Assembly: GCA_047495785.1 (NCBI GenBank)
Contig: JBLDXI010000015.1
Span: 2,480,001-2,544,000 of the forward strand
Direction of reading: 5' to 3'
Source of the DNA: Lepidodermella squamata
Taxonomy: Eukaryota; Animalia; Gastrotricha
Length of the DNA: 64,000 nucleotides
Shown: piece by piece, positions 12,602 to 24,409 of the stretch
Layout of the letters: the number at the start of each line of letters is the position of its first letter
Position numbering within the stretch: the stretch's first letter is position 1
Program-made: the position numbers and the translations under genes
Notes under the pieces: model-generated
What the model was told of the DNA's origin: nothing
The model's database searches: none
Seen by the model: the letters and a program-made list of their open reading frames with translations, nothing else

Positions 12602-15600
12602 ATGAATTTCTCTGCAATTATGCTCCTCATTTCTTGTCTGGGTCATCGCTGTTATTGCTTTGACCTATTTCAGTGTGATGGTGCGGCCTTAAATCCTGTA
12701 ATTAAAGAATTTCCTGGCGAGTTTTCGGCCAATGTCAGTGAAATCGCTGCGGAACAAGAAGTTGCATTCAACTGTTCGTGGCATTTTGCAACTGATGAGG
12801 GTTACTTCATTCGATTTCGTTTTTCTCACCTCAATTTACACTGGTGCGAAAATCACTGCGCCGACGAGCAATGTTCGTCCGTTTCGATTTACTCATTGGC
12901 GAAAAATTCCAGCCTGAGTCTTGTCCATCAGAGGCAGTGCTCATCCTCGGCGCCAGATTATCCTTTCACGACCGAGACTAATGAAGCCGTATTAGTGTTC
13001 ACGGTTCGCCAATTCAAGCAGGAAAAACGCTTCTGGAGTGACTTCTTTTTAGACTACAAGCCCAGCAAAAATAAGAGGGCTTTTACGATTTACTTCGAAA
13101 AAGGTAGACGATATTGAAAAAAATTGACATTATTATACTTATTTTGGTAGTTCCAACTCAAATCAGCCTCGAAGATTCTCTGAACTGCAACAAAACGGTT
13201 GAATTACATGGGGACCTGTTCACCTATGGAACAATTCACAGCTTTATCCGAGCATCTGGGCTTTACCGGCCTAATGAAAAATGCAAATGGCTGATTCGAT
13301 CCAACAGCCCTTTCGGCCAGGTGCGTTTCAAATTCCGCCACACTGACCTGCAGGACATGTGTGGCTGTCGGAACCTCGAAGCGTGCGTCGCGAATTGCCG
13401 CCGCGATTTCGTCTCGATATGGAACGGCCGCAGCGAATTCACGTCGCCACTGGTAACGCGGCGATGCGGTTTGAGACTTCGGTTTTGCTTTGCCTGGTCT
13501 ACGAGCAATGAAGCTCTAGTAACCTTTGAAACGGACAGCCGCGTCGAATTTCCGATCGGGTTCATCCTGGACTATCAAATTGTGCCCGGAGACCATCTTC
13601 CATCAGGTTAGATTACCATTCCATCACCAAGTAGGCATGTATGTATCATTCATTTCGAACTTCCGCACTGCCTCCTTGGTGTGAGCTATATTGTTATATT
13701 GGTGTGAGCTTTAAGGTGACTCCTTTCCAAAAACTCCTAAGCCCTGTTAAAGCGCGCGCTGGGTTCAAAAGAATGTTTAGAACATGCGCTTCAAAGGTTT
13801 ATTTATTTATTTAAAGAGCCATAACGCCCAGAAGAGGACAGCTCAGACAAGTGATCAATAGAAAAGTAAAGACAACAACAACATTGAAAATCGAAATAGC
13901 ATAAATAGCAGACTGATCGGGATCACTATCGAAATCAATGCAATGATCAACATAACATGAAAAATATATGAATATTCAACAATCAGAGCAGAGCGGCATT
14001 AATGTTGTTGTAGTGTAGATAAGCCGCTTGGCGACACGCCTTCGCTGACTCCGCTTCGTGAACGCTCGAAGGCATTTGATTCCACAAGTGCGGGCCACGG
14101 TACGACATGCTTAGCTGGCCTCGCTCGGATGTGTAGGTCGGTTTAAACATGGGTTCGAAATTACGGCAGCTGTAGCCGTGGCTGCGATTGTTCAGCTTAA
14201 ACAGCAACGTTAATTCATCCGGCGCCATCTTGTTCAGGCTCTTCCACATGAGTGTACATAGGTGCATCGCATGTTTCTGGCCGACTGTTAGCCGGATCCG
14301 CCAATGGATGAGCGCCGTATATGATTTTGATATAGCTCGATCCTGTGACGATTGCAGTTTGTCGCGAGTCGATTTTGAGGCCTGTCCGAGGGTGAGGTCG
14401 CCATAATTCAGATGGCTGAAGACGAGGCCATTTGTCATCATAACAGCAGTTTTGCGATCGATTCCAGCGTTGACAGCTTGTTTGAGAGCAATCAGGCCTT
14501 TTCGGGCTTTGCCTTTGGCCATCTCGACGTGCTCATCCAATTGTAGCTTGTTGTCAATTTTGAAACCAAGGGTATCCGTGATTTCTGACGGCTTTATCGC
14601 AACTCCTCCGATTGTGACCTTGAAATCGGGCGCTGTCGAGAGGTGTGGCTTGAGAAACATGAATTCCGATTTTTTCCCATTTACTGCGAGGCTGTTCTGT
14701 TTTAGCCATGCGTATACCCTGTCAAGTTCCAGTTGCAGAACTGAGTGGCGTTCGTTGATGTTCTTCGATCTGTAAAAAATTGTAATGTCGTCGGCGTATT
14801 GTGCTATACCGCATCTCCTTAAAATCAAAGGCAGGTCGTTTACACAAATTGTAAACATGAGTGGCCCAAGGACCGATCCTTGTGGCACACCGCAATCAAT
14901 TGACTCGAACGGGGATGCTTCGCCGTTGATTTTCGTGGTTTGGCGGCGATTGCTCAAGTAGTTAATCAATAGGCGAATTGACTTTTCCGTTACACCAGCA
15001 GATCGGAGAGATTCGATAATCCCATGGTGGTGGAGCGTGTCGAAGGCTTTGGATAAGTCGACCGACACGGCTCCAACCACGTTTCCTTTGTCAAGTAGAT
15101 GTCGCCAGCGTTCGGTGAACGATGCCACGCAGGTGTCAGTCGAATGGTATTGACGAAATCCGTGTTGTGCCGGTGTTAAGAATTTGATCGCTCGCAAATG
15201 ATCTTTCAGCTGTGTTGCCAGGCAACGCTCGAACGTACGAGCTAGCGGTGAAGTGATCGAAATCGGCCTAAAATTCCCAACCGCAGCCTTTGATCCGGAC
15301 TTATGCAGCGGTGTGACAACAGCCGTTTTCCAATCACTGATGAAGACACCATCTCGAATGGCCAAGTTGAAGAGCGCTGTGAGATGCCGAGCAATTGAAG
15401 GCTTTGCCATCTTCACGATGCACTCGGGAATGCTGTCGAACCCGGTCGTAGCCTTGTAACTCAGTTTGTCGATCGCTTTTTCGACATCGGTGACCGAGAC
15501 AGGTCGAAAAATAAACGGCGTTGAGGTTCGTTTACGTCTTGCGGAGTTCAGACAGCCTCCGAGACTTTCGGCCACGATTTTTCCTGCTTGTGAGAAGAAC

Positions 15601-18600
15601 TTATTGCGATTTTTTGTACTTTTTCAGCACATGTACGGAAAAAGTACGGAAAATGTGCAGAAAGGATTTATTTGAGAAAAAGTACGGAAAAAACACGGAA
15701 AAACCTTCCGTATTGCAATAAAACCAAGTACGGAAAATGTACGGAAAATGGATGATTTCATAAATTTCAAAATTTCGTATTTTTCAAAACAGATTTGCCT
15801 GAATTTTAACATTCTGCGCAGGCTCCAATAGCAAGTCTTCAGAATATGCAAACCTTTGTCGCGATGTTTCAAGGTTTTCATAGAAAACCCGCGCGTATCC
15901 AAAATTTTGCAGTCGGCGCATTTTTGCAGTGTTTGAAGCGAGCTTTCTCGCGATAAAGGATCTGCATCCGGGATTACTTTCCAGAAGTGTATTTGAGAGG
16001 ATATTCTTTCTCTGCGATTCGGAAACTTCGTAGAGGATGCATTTAAAAACTGCCGCAATTTCGCATATTAGCACGTCTACGGCGTTTCGCTATATTTTCT
16101 CCGGTGTTTAGAATAGAATTGATACTACTTTATATTGATTTCTCAACTTGACGCATAGGAAATTTAAGGCATAAGAACTTAATTTTCTCTCTTAATTTTC
16201 GAACACCACAAGCTTTTCCAGAAAAAGTAATTCCACAAGCGGGTCGATGCGGCCGCCGTTTAAACATTCCTACTAAGATGAATGTAAACTTAACCTGGTT
16301 AACCTATCATTTCTGAAAGTTCGAAGTCTGCGCACCATGATAGTCCGAAAACCGAACAACATAAGATGCGTAATAATTTATAACATTCGAATACATTTAA
16401 CGCTTAACGCGGAATTTCACTCAACTTCCGCCACTTTTGACCCGTTTTAAAGCATCTTTTGACATGGAAAACGACGCAGCGGAGTTTTGACAATTACACC
16501 TTAAATAAAGTTAGATGTTAGATAGCAGATGGCAGGTTGTTTCATCACAAAAAATTCTCATTGGATCGCATGAGAATGTATGGAAAAAATCGGCAGATTG
16601 ATTAGTGGCGTTTTGCAATAACTCATCTCTTGATAGCTGCTTCCAGATGTTGCGGTTCTTTGGCTTGGGAGGAAATTTTTGACGATTCGCAACAATTTTC
16701 GCGGGTCGTTGCCAGCCTCCTTAACTCGTAGACGATATCGAGCACGGCGCGCCTTGCGTCTTTGTCGTTGGCGTTGTCGCCGCGTGAGCGTTGGATCAAA
16801 GTGCTTCTTCTTGGCTTGGCGATTTCGCTTTTTAGCTTGTTCTTTGTCGATCAACGGGGCCACTTCGTCCATCACTGCTAGAAGCCGGAGTTTGATTTGA
16901 GACCAGAAAGTTTCGCAATCGTCCGACTCGTTGACCGTCGCAAGTTTCTCCTGTAGTAGTTGATTGATCGTTCAGTATCAACACTGTTGTAGTCGCGAAA
17001 TTTTGAATTTGTCTGGGATTTCGATTTTTCCTCGCCGCCGTTATCAAGAACCAACGATGTCGCGTAGTGGTCGCTGAGACCCATGATCGTGCCAGTTTGC
17101 GCTATTTCGGCCTGAGGAATGTTGGCCCAGAAGTGATCTAGGCATTTCTCAGACGCGGGTCGGGTTACTAGTTAGGTGTAGGCTGGTCGTAGATCGAAGT
17201 CAGCAAACACTCGAAGTCATCGCGCTGGCAACATTTACGTCACGTAGGTTCCAGTTGAAGTCTCCGCCGATGATGTGGTAGTCAGCCGTGATGTCTTTGC
17301 AGAGAAGAAGAAATTCCTCTAAATCGTCGGCATCGTTGTTATTGAACTCGTCGCTGGAACCCTTGGGTCGCCTGTAGATCGTGGTCATAGAAAGACCTTT
17401 CCCGAATGGTAGTGTTAAGTGCGGTTCACAAACTCTTGTGTAAAATACACATTCATGATTCATCGTTCTTTTCTTACGCGCAAAATTCATCTTTTGCAAA
17501 AAACGGTCGCATGGCCATTTGAATCATGAACGATGAACGAAACCCGCTCACAAATTATTTTTCATAATTCATGATTCAAATAGCGATTTTTTGTGTGCGC
17601 CTTCGCATCGATAAAAGAAAGGAAGCCGCCACCGAGCACAGAACCCAGTATTCTGGTTTAGCATGGTCAGAGCTAAACCACTATGCTACTAGCGAGCTTC
17701 GGTGATTGGTGGCGTTACTGTCATCATCTTCCATTTTTGCTGTTGACTTGATTTTTGCAATATCAGAACTGCAAAACTAGCGCAAATTAAATTTTCGAAT
17801 TTTTTAGACTGCATTGCCCGCTTTAACGCTAGCCCGCATCAAATTTCGGATTCATAGCAATAGCCGATATAATCATCGCCAAAAATGACTGACTCGAATA
17901 TAGTTTGAAGCCCAATTATTTATACTTCTGAAAAATGTATCGGTGTGGACTAATTAATATCGGCCCAATCAGAGTGATCTAGCCTCTAGCCGAAGATAAA
18001 GGTCAAATGATGTTATTTATGGAATGGATTTTATGGAAAATCATCGAATTTTTAATGAAATTTTTTCAGTAGCTCAGAATATCTAAGTTAACAGCGAGAA
18101 TAGGAGATAATGACGATAACGCTCACATAAAAAAAAAGCTCACTGGTGGCACAGTGGGTTCAACTCGAACTACCATGCCCAGTGTAGTGAGTTCTGTGCC
18201 TTGCGGGCGCACTCCTTTTTAGATCTAAATCGCGCACATGAAAAAATGGCTAAACAGCTTCTTGAATCATGAATTATGACTAATAATTTGTGAGCGGGTT
18301 TCGCTCATCGTTCATGATTCAAGTGAGCCTGCAACAAATCTTTTGCATCATTCATGTGGAAAACACGAGTTTGTGAATCGCCCTTTTACAACGCATTGAT
18401 AATTTTCAAAGACTTTCGATGACAGCGATGTGTTTGTCAAATGTCAGGTCAAATGTCAAAGGACCTTTGGCGGTTTTAATACCAAAGTTAACTCAGACAA
18501 TGTTTCATCGAATGAATATTTTGTTCGAATGTGAAAAAATTGAAACGAGCACTCTCAAAGCACCCGTGACGAGCTATTCCAGCACATAACCAGCTCACAT

Positions 18601-20855
18601 GAATTTTCCACGCGTGAACCAAATAGTCATTCGATGAAAATTGTTCGAGTTTCATTTTGGTATAATATAAAAACTGCCAATAGAAGAAGAAAAAAGAAGG
18701 CGTGTAAGGACGTTCGGAATGACTGATACCTAAAGGCCCACTTACTCGAGAGGAGCCCGTTGGCATTTGACATAATTTGAAGCGTGAAGTCTTCTTCAAT
18801 TTCTAACTTGAACTTTGTGTCCACTTTTCATTGGCTGAATTGTTGCTTTTCAGATAAACATCATTTCGAACAGTATACCCAGTTGATAACTCTGGATACC
18901 GGTCAGAATGGTGTTATCACGAACTACCGTCGAAGTGACACAGGGAAGTATCGAGCAAATGAAAAAGTAGAATACATTTTCAAGCTACCAACCGGATGGA
19001 TGCTCAGGTTTTTGGCTTTTCAAAGATATTGTGAATTGTGAAATGAAAGACCAAATTTCGTTCAGCTTCCGCAAGATAAGTTGGGACATGGAAAGCGCAC
19101 CATATGCTAATTATCACGATGTCGATAATTATCGAGGAAGGATGACTAGTGATTGCCTAATTTTTTTATGGTATACAGAATTGAACGAAAATTGGAAAAC
19201 ACTTATGAACCGTGTCATTGATGCTTCACTCATGGAATTTGTTCTGATTGATTTTATGTCTGACGAACGCCGCGAGCTGACCGGTTTCAATCTCTCCTAC
19301 CAATATGCCAACGTCACTGACCACGAAAAGTGCATACGAACCAATGTTGTTCCTGCTTCTGAACAGGGTCAAATTTCTAGCCACATCCGCCAGAGCGGTA
19401 CCTTTCGATACGGAGAAAATTGCTCGTGGGCCATCTCGTCGGAGAAAAAAAACTCTCGGCTACGACTCTTTTTCACCCGAGTCAATCTCGATCCCTGCCC
19501 CAGAAATTTGTCTTCTTGCGAATGTAATTACGTTCAAATTTTCGATGGTCTCGGCGAAGAATTCCCTCCATTAACACCAAAACTATGCGGACTGAATTTG
19601 ACAAATTTCACAAAAATCACATCAAGCGGCCGCGGGGTTTTAGTCAAATTCGAAACGTACGATTTCGACCCTACCTTATCTGAAGATCCTGTGGGAGATG
19701 GATTTCATCTAATCTATGAGACTATCTATGACGATGTGGCGGCAGCTTTACCAGTCACGATATCTGCAATGGTTGGCGCAATAATTGTGGCAGTCGTCAT
19801 CGGAGCGATAGCTACAGCTTTCTCTAAGCTCTACTACGACAGGAAAACAAAAAGGCTGTTGGCAAGTCGGAAGAAAGTTGTCCAGACTATATTAGCTGAT
19901 ACCTACATTGTGCCGCTGCCCCATATACAAGACTTGCTGGAAGCTATGGGCATCCAAGAATACAGCGAGTTGATCGAAACACTGACCATTGAAACTAAGG
20001 ATATCAAATTTCAAGAGAGTTTGGATCAAAATATCGGCCAAGGCGCTTTCGGGGTTGTATCGAAGGGCGTACTGTGTAACTCGACTCAAGTTGCCTTGAA
20101 ATCGTTGAAAACTGTTCACAATTGCGATGAATTGCTGGCGTTTTTCAAAGAAGGCCTCATAATGCAAACCCTTGACCACCAAAATGTGCTCAAATTGTTG
20201 GGAATCGTTTTGCTTCACGACCACGGCGAGCCGAATCTTGTGTTCCCCTTCATGGAAAACGGGTGTTTGCGTGATTTTCTTTGGGGGAGATTCGATCGAT
20301 GCTATTTTCATGTCGATTTTATGCGGCAAATTTGCTGTGGCATGGCGTACTTGTCGCGAAAAAATTGCATCCATCGCGACTTGGCTTGTCGAAATGTTCT
20401 TGTTGATGGCGATTTTACGCTGAAAATCGGTGATTTCGGCTTTGCGCGGAAAATGAATGACGACAGCAACTACTATCAGATTAGGCAGAAAATAAAAGTC
20501 CCCTATCGCTGGTATCCGCCCGAGGCCCTCAAAGAGCCGTTTGTCTTCAAGCGAAAAAGTGACGTATGGTCATTCGGCGTGACGTGTTGGGAAATTTTCG
20601 AATCCCCCAACAAACTCCAGCCTTTCGGCAATCTCGGCCCTGGGGAAGTTATTGCTAGAATTTGCTCCGGTAAGCTACTGGAAAAACCCGAATTGTGTTC
20701 TCCGGAAATGTAAGATAGTATTTAGCCTTAATTTTTACATTAGAGTGACGAAAATTTTTAGATACGACAATATCTTGCTGAAATGTTGGCGAGCCACGGC
20801 TAATGAAAGGCCTAACTTTGACCAATTGCTTGATTTAATTGAAATGCTGTGCTGA
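12602..20855 (+). CDS. Receptor tyrosine kinase with ~4 extracellular CUB domains (CUB-RTK 1)
   Basis: In-frame exons 12602-13103, 13151-13606, 18854-19007, 19066-20709 and 20762-20855. Features: signal peptide; CUB motifs (NCSWHF, CKWLI...DFVSIWNG...F.LDY, CSWAI...NYVQIFDG...GFHLIY); single TM helix; kinase motifs GQGAFG, VALK, HRDLACRN, DFG, PYRWYPPE, SDVWSFG and CW...RPNF. Confidence 0.85.
15608..16610. mobile_element. ~1-kb non-coding insertion nested in the LINE ORF
   Basis: Removing it rejoins ...SSYQEMS to KFFSQAGKIVAESL in frame. It carries repeated TACGGAAAA motifs near its left end. Exact ends and TSD are ambiguous. Confidence 0.6.
17418..18385. mobile_element. PIF/Harbinger-type foldback MITE with TTA target-site duplication, nested in the LINE endonuclease
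   Basis: TTA at 17415-17417 and 18386-18388. Long imperfect inverted arms (GCGGTTCACAAACTC / GAGTTTGTGAATCGC; 17521-17579 vs 18263-18321). Excision restores the frame ...FENYQCVVTLPFGKGLSMTTIYRRP. Confidence 0.8.
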
Positions 20856-20942
20856 ATTGAAAAGACAACTTGATGCTTTATGATTATATCTAAGTAACTT
20901 TGCTTGCTTAATTCAAAATCGCGGTTTTTGTGTTTAATTTAG

Positions 20943-23900
20943 ATGCGATTTGTCTCTTTATTTGTGGTGGTTGTTGCGATTTCCTACGGCACAGTTTCAG
21001 GCCAAGCTTCGAATCGTGGGTTTTTTCTTAATCTTTTGAAAAAGATTCTTGAGATAGCCGCCAATAACTTCAAACCTCGTTGCGATGATACAGTGGAGAT
21101 AACCTTCGAAAACGCGAGTGAAACGATCAGAGTTGTCAGCGGCGTAACCTTCAATGTTGATAAGGATTACAAAAAGTGTTGGGCAGTAAAAGCGGAAAAT
21201 GGCCACAAAATAAGATTCACTGTTCAGCATTTAAACTTCGAGCACTGCGCTCTGTACTGTTACCAATGCCACAGCTTGGCGTTTTACGACGTGAAAGGGC
21301 CGAAATTGTGGAATTATTACTTGCAAATTCTGCGCAAACAATGCACGAGATACAAGCCGCCCTATTCATTTCTGAGTGCGGAAAAAGATGCCATGATGGT
21401 TCTCCATCTAGACAGCAAGCATAGAATCGGGCACCGAAATTACACGGTAAAAATTGAACAAGGTATGCTAGCTGTGGAATACACAACATTTTGTTATAAC
21501 TATAATTTTCAGTAAGAAATGATTATCTGGAATTGGATAATAGCACCTGTGGCGGCGAAATTCCGAGCTCAGTAAGATCTGGTACGATTCAAAATTTCCT
21601 GCTGCAAAATGGTAGCTATCGCTTGAACGAAAACTGTACTTGGGTTCTGAAGTCACCCGACCGACATCACGTTCTAAGATTCACCATTCGGGCCATCCAC
21701 ATGCCAGGGAGATGCTCGCCCGCCAGCAATGACTTTGATGATTATTGCAAGAAAGAGTGTTACAAGCTTGGAGACTACTTGGAATTGCGAAATTCGCCTG
21801 AGGAGAAAATCCACAACCTCCTATGGACCAGCTGCAGTAAATGGCCGCCAATGAGACGTTTCACTCCTAGAACTCAATCTGCACTTGTACGATTTGTAAC
21901 TGGCCCTGTGCGATATTCAAAAATTAATCCATTACCGGCTGGGTTCATTTTGGATTTTGACGGTTAGAAATACGCTTTTCTTTCAATACTGATGTGTAAA
22001 TAGCGCAATTATCAGTCGTTAGCGCTGATTACATTGGCGGCGTTTACTCATTTGGAGAGAGTGATAGAAACCCGGAATTCGTCAAGCCATTCGAGTCTTT
22101 CCTAATTTCGAGCTATAAACGAGCTGAAGATGGCTTTACAAGGAGGAAAGATGTAACAGAAAAAACTTTCGAAACCACGGAAGGTTATTCGTTCCGAGTC
22201 CAGACGATCTCAATTAGTCTGACGTTTTACAACACAGAAATTTCTGGTGCAAAGGGCGATGGGTTAGTAGGATCACGATACCAGTTAAAAACAATTGACG
22301 CGCCTGGCCTCGTGAGATTAACAGTGGAGTCATCATTTACATTAAGCTTGTCAACTTTCTTCCCCGTTCAAAGTGAAGGCTTCAACATAAGCATTACATC
22401 AGTCAGCCGATACGACTACTCTCGGAAATGTCATGGTGGCTCATCGGGAGTTTACACAATGACTGCTGATCAAACAACCAAAATTCTTCAAAATGAGAGA
22501 AGGCAAATAGACGGTAAGTATCGGATGTATGAAGACTGTCAATGGACGATTTTGTCTCCGGGGCGCGATTACATTCTCGAAATCATCGTTACATATGCCT
22601 TCATCGATGGCGAACAAGATTACCTGAAAGTTTCCGACGAATCCAACGAAAATGAGTTGACCATCGGCCCGAAGTATGAAAATAGCAAAATTCGCAATCA
22701 ATCTTTTGTCACTAAGTCTAGCTCGGTCCTGGTTCACTTCTACGTTAACGATTTATATGACAATCATTCTGGTGATGGTTTCATCCTGACATATCAAGCA
22801 ATTCACGTTGATGATGATGAAGGTAACATGGAAACGGCAATTGTAATATTTTCTGTCAGCATTGCCGCTCTGCTGGCATGTATCGTCGTATTCTTGCTAA
22901 TTGTGAGATGGCACAGGCGAAAATTAGCTGCTGAAAAAGAAAAGTGAGTTTAGTGATAACAGTTCCTCCTTAAAAATGTCAAATGATTTTTTAGGAGAAG
23001 AATTTTGGACGCGATGCTGAAGGAGCCCTACGCTCTTCCATCCGATAGTTTTGAAGCTATGTTGAAGGAATATGGCTGCGAACGTTTGATAAACCTCGTC
23101 GAGCGGCTGAATATTCCGGCAGATCGTATCGAGTTTTCTTCCGATGGCAGTGGAGGATTTCGGACATCAACTGGGGGTGAAATCACCCAGGGAAATTTTT
23201 CGAAAGTCACCCGAGCTAAGCTCGTTTGTGAAGATGGTGTCCACCTTGCTATCGCTCTGAAGCACTTGAAGCCAAGTGGTCAACGGCAGGATGATGTCAT
23301 TCAAATTCTTCGTGAGGCATTCATAATGCAATCTTTGGACCACGAAAATGTCTTGCCGCTTCTGGGAATCGCTGTTTTGAAAGAAACGCCGAATCTGGTG
23401 TTCCCATTCATGAAAAACGGCAATTTGAAGAGTTATCTGTCTACCCCGCGATTGCAAGTGACAAACGGCAAACTAATCAATTTTTGCCGCCAGATTGCGA
23501 ACGGCATGGTCTATTTGCATTCCAAGAACTTTGTCCACTGCGATTTGGCCTGCCGAAACGTTCTGGTTGACTTGGAACTGACTTTGAAGATCAGCGACTT
23601 CGGGCTGGCTAAAGATGCCGACCCAGCAATGACCCGGTTGTACGAGCCGCTTACGACTGATAACGACGGAAAGGAGGAACAAGAAAACGACTGTCCATTG
23701 CCGGTTCGGTGGTCACCGCCTGAGTTCTTCAATAGGCCTCGAATAGTTTCGTTAAAGAGCGACGTTTGGTCATACGGCGTTGTTTGCTGGGAAATTATGT
23801 CGCGTAATTACGAGGCAGCAGCTATTTTTGCTTTATGTATAACTGTGTTAATTTTCAGTTTGCCAAACCGAGCCTTACTCGGACTTGCGAAAGGTTACGG

Positions 23901-24070
23901 ATGTGATTGATTTTATTTGTTCCGGCAAACGTCTCGAAAAACCAGCTCGTTGTAGTGATGCCATGTTCGCGGCCATTGTACTTCCTTGCTGGAAAACAAA
24001 CCGGGTGGAACGACCCGATTTCCAAGAATCGCTGTCAAAGCTTGAGGAATCATTTACGGAGAGCGAGTGA
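20943..24070 (+). CDS. Receptor tyrosine kinase with ~4 CUB domains (CUB-RTK 2), non-RD catalytic loop
   Basis: In-frame exons 20943-21462, 21513-21962, 22016-22943, 22995-23803 and 23859-24070. Features: signal peptide; CUB motifs (KCWAV, NCTWVL...DYLEL...GFILDF, DCQWTI...DYLKV...GFILTY); TM helix; kinase motifs IALK, HCDLACRN, DFG, PVRWSPPE and SDVWSYG. Confidence 0.85.
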
Positions 24071-24409
24071 CAGCGCATGCACGGATAATGACTCTCAAAC
24101 TTGAGCGATTTGCGTTGTTCGCTTGCTATGCTTTTGTCTTACGTTCAAGAAATGAAAGCAACTTCATTGGTGTATAGTTTACCCATGGTCTCATCTCAAT
24201 TTAGGTTGGCCTCAATGGAACTTTCAGCCTTTGTTTTTATGAAAATTGTGAAAATTTCAAATATTTACTTCAAGAAAGGTTCAGCCTCTAGTTTAAGGCA
24301 CATGACAAATTAACGCTAGAAAACAACGATTTTCCGAGCACAGAAGATACAAACGGACAAAAATGCTGACAAATAGTTGCTGATGTATAGGTTTTAGAAG
24401 TTCGAAAAT

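Larger units (their letters stand above)
13798..18440 (-). mobile_element. Decayed 5'-truncated non-LTR retrotransposon (LINE; APE endonuclease + reverse transcriptase; CR1/L2/Jockey-like) in the CUB-RTK1 intron
   Basis: RT ORF 13983-15575 has QHGFR, DLSKAFD, GVPQGSVLGP and YADD. Endonuclease remnants IYRRP, GDFN, LDHFW and SDH lie at 17050-17400. A (TAAA)n 3' tail is near 13800. The element is interrupted by two insertions and frameshifts. Confidence 0.85.

Noticed and set aside
13983-15575. RT ORF as a domesticated or novel host gene
   Set aside because: It is the 3' part of an interrupted LINE ORF with endonuclease remnants upstream and a simple-repeat tail.
16558-16875. Arg-rich protamine-like ORF
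   Set aside because: It is part of the LINE ORF linker between the endonuclease and RT domains.
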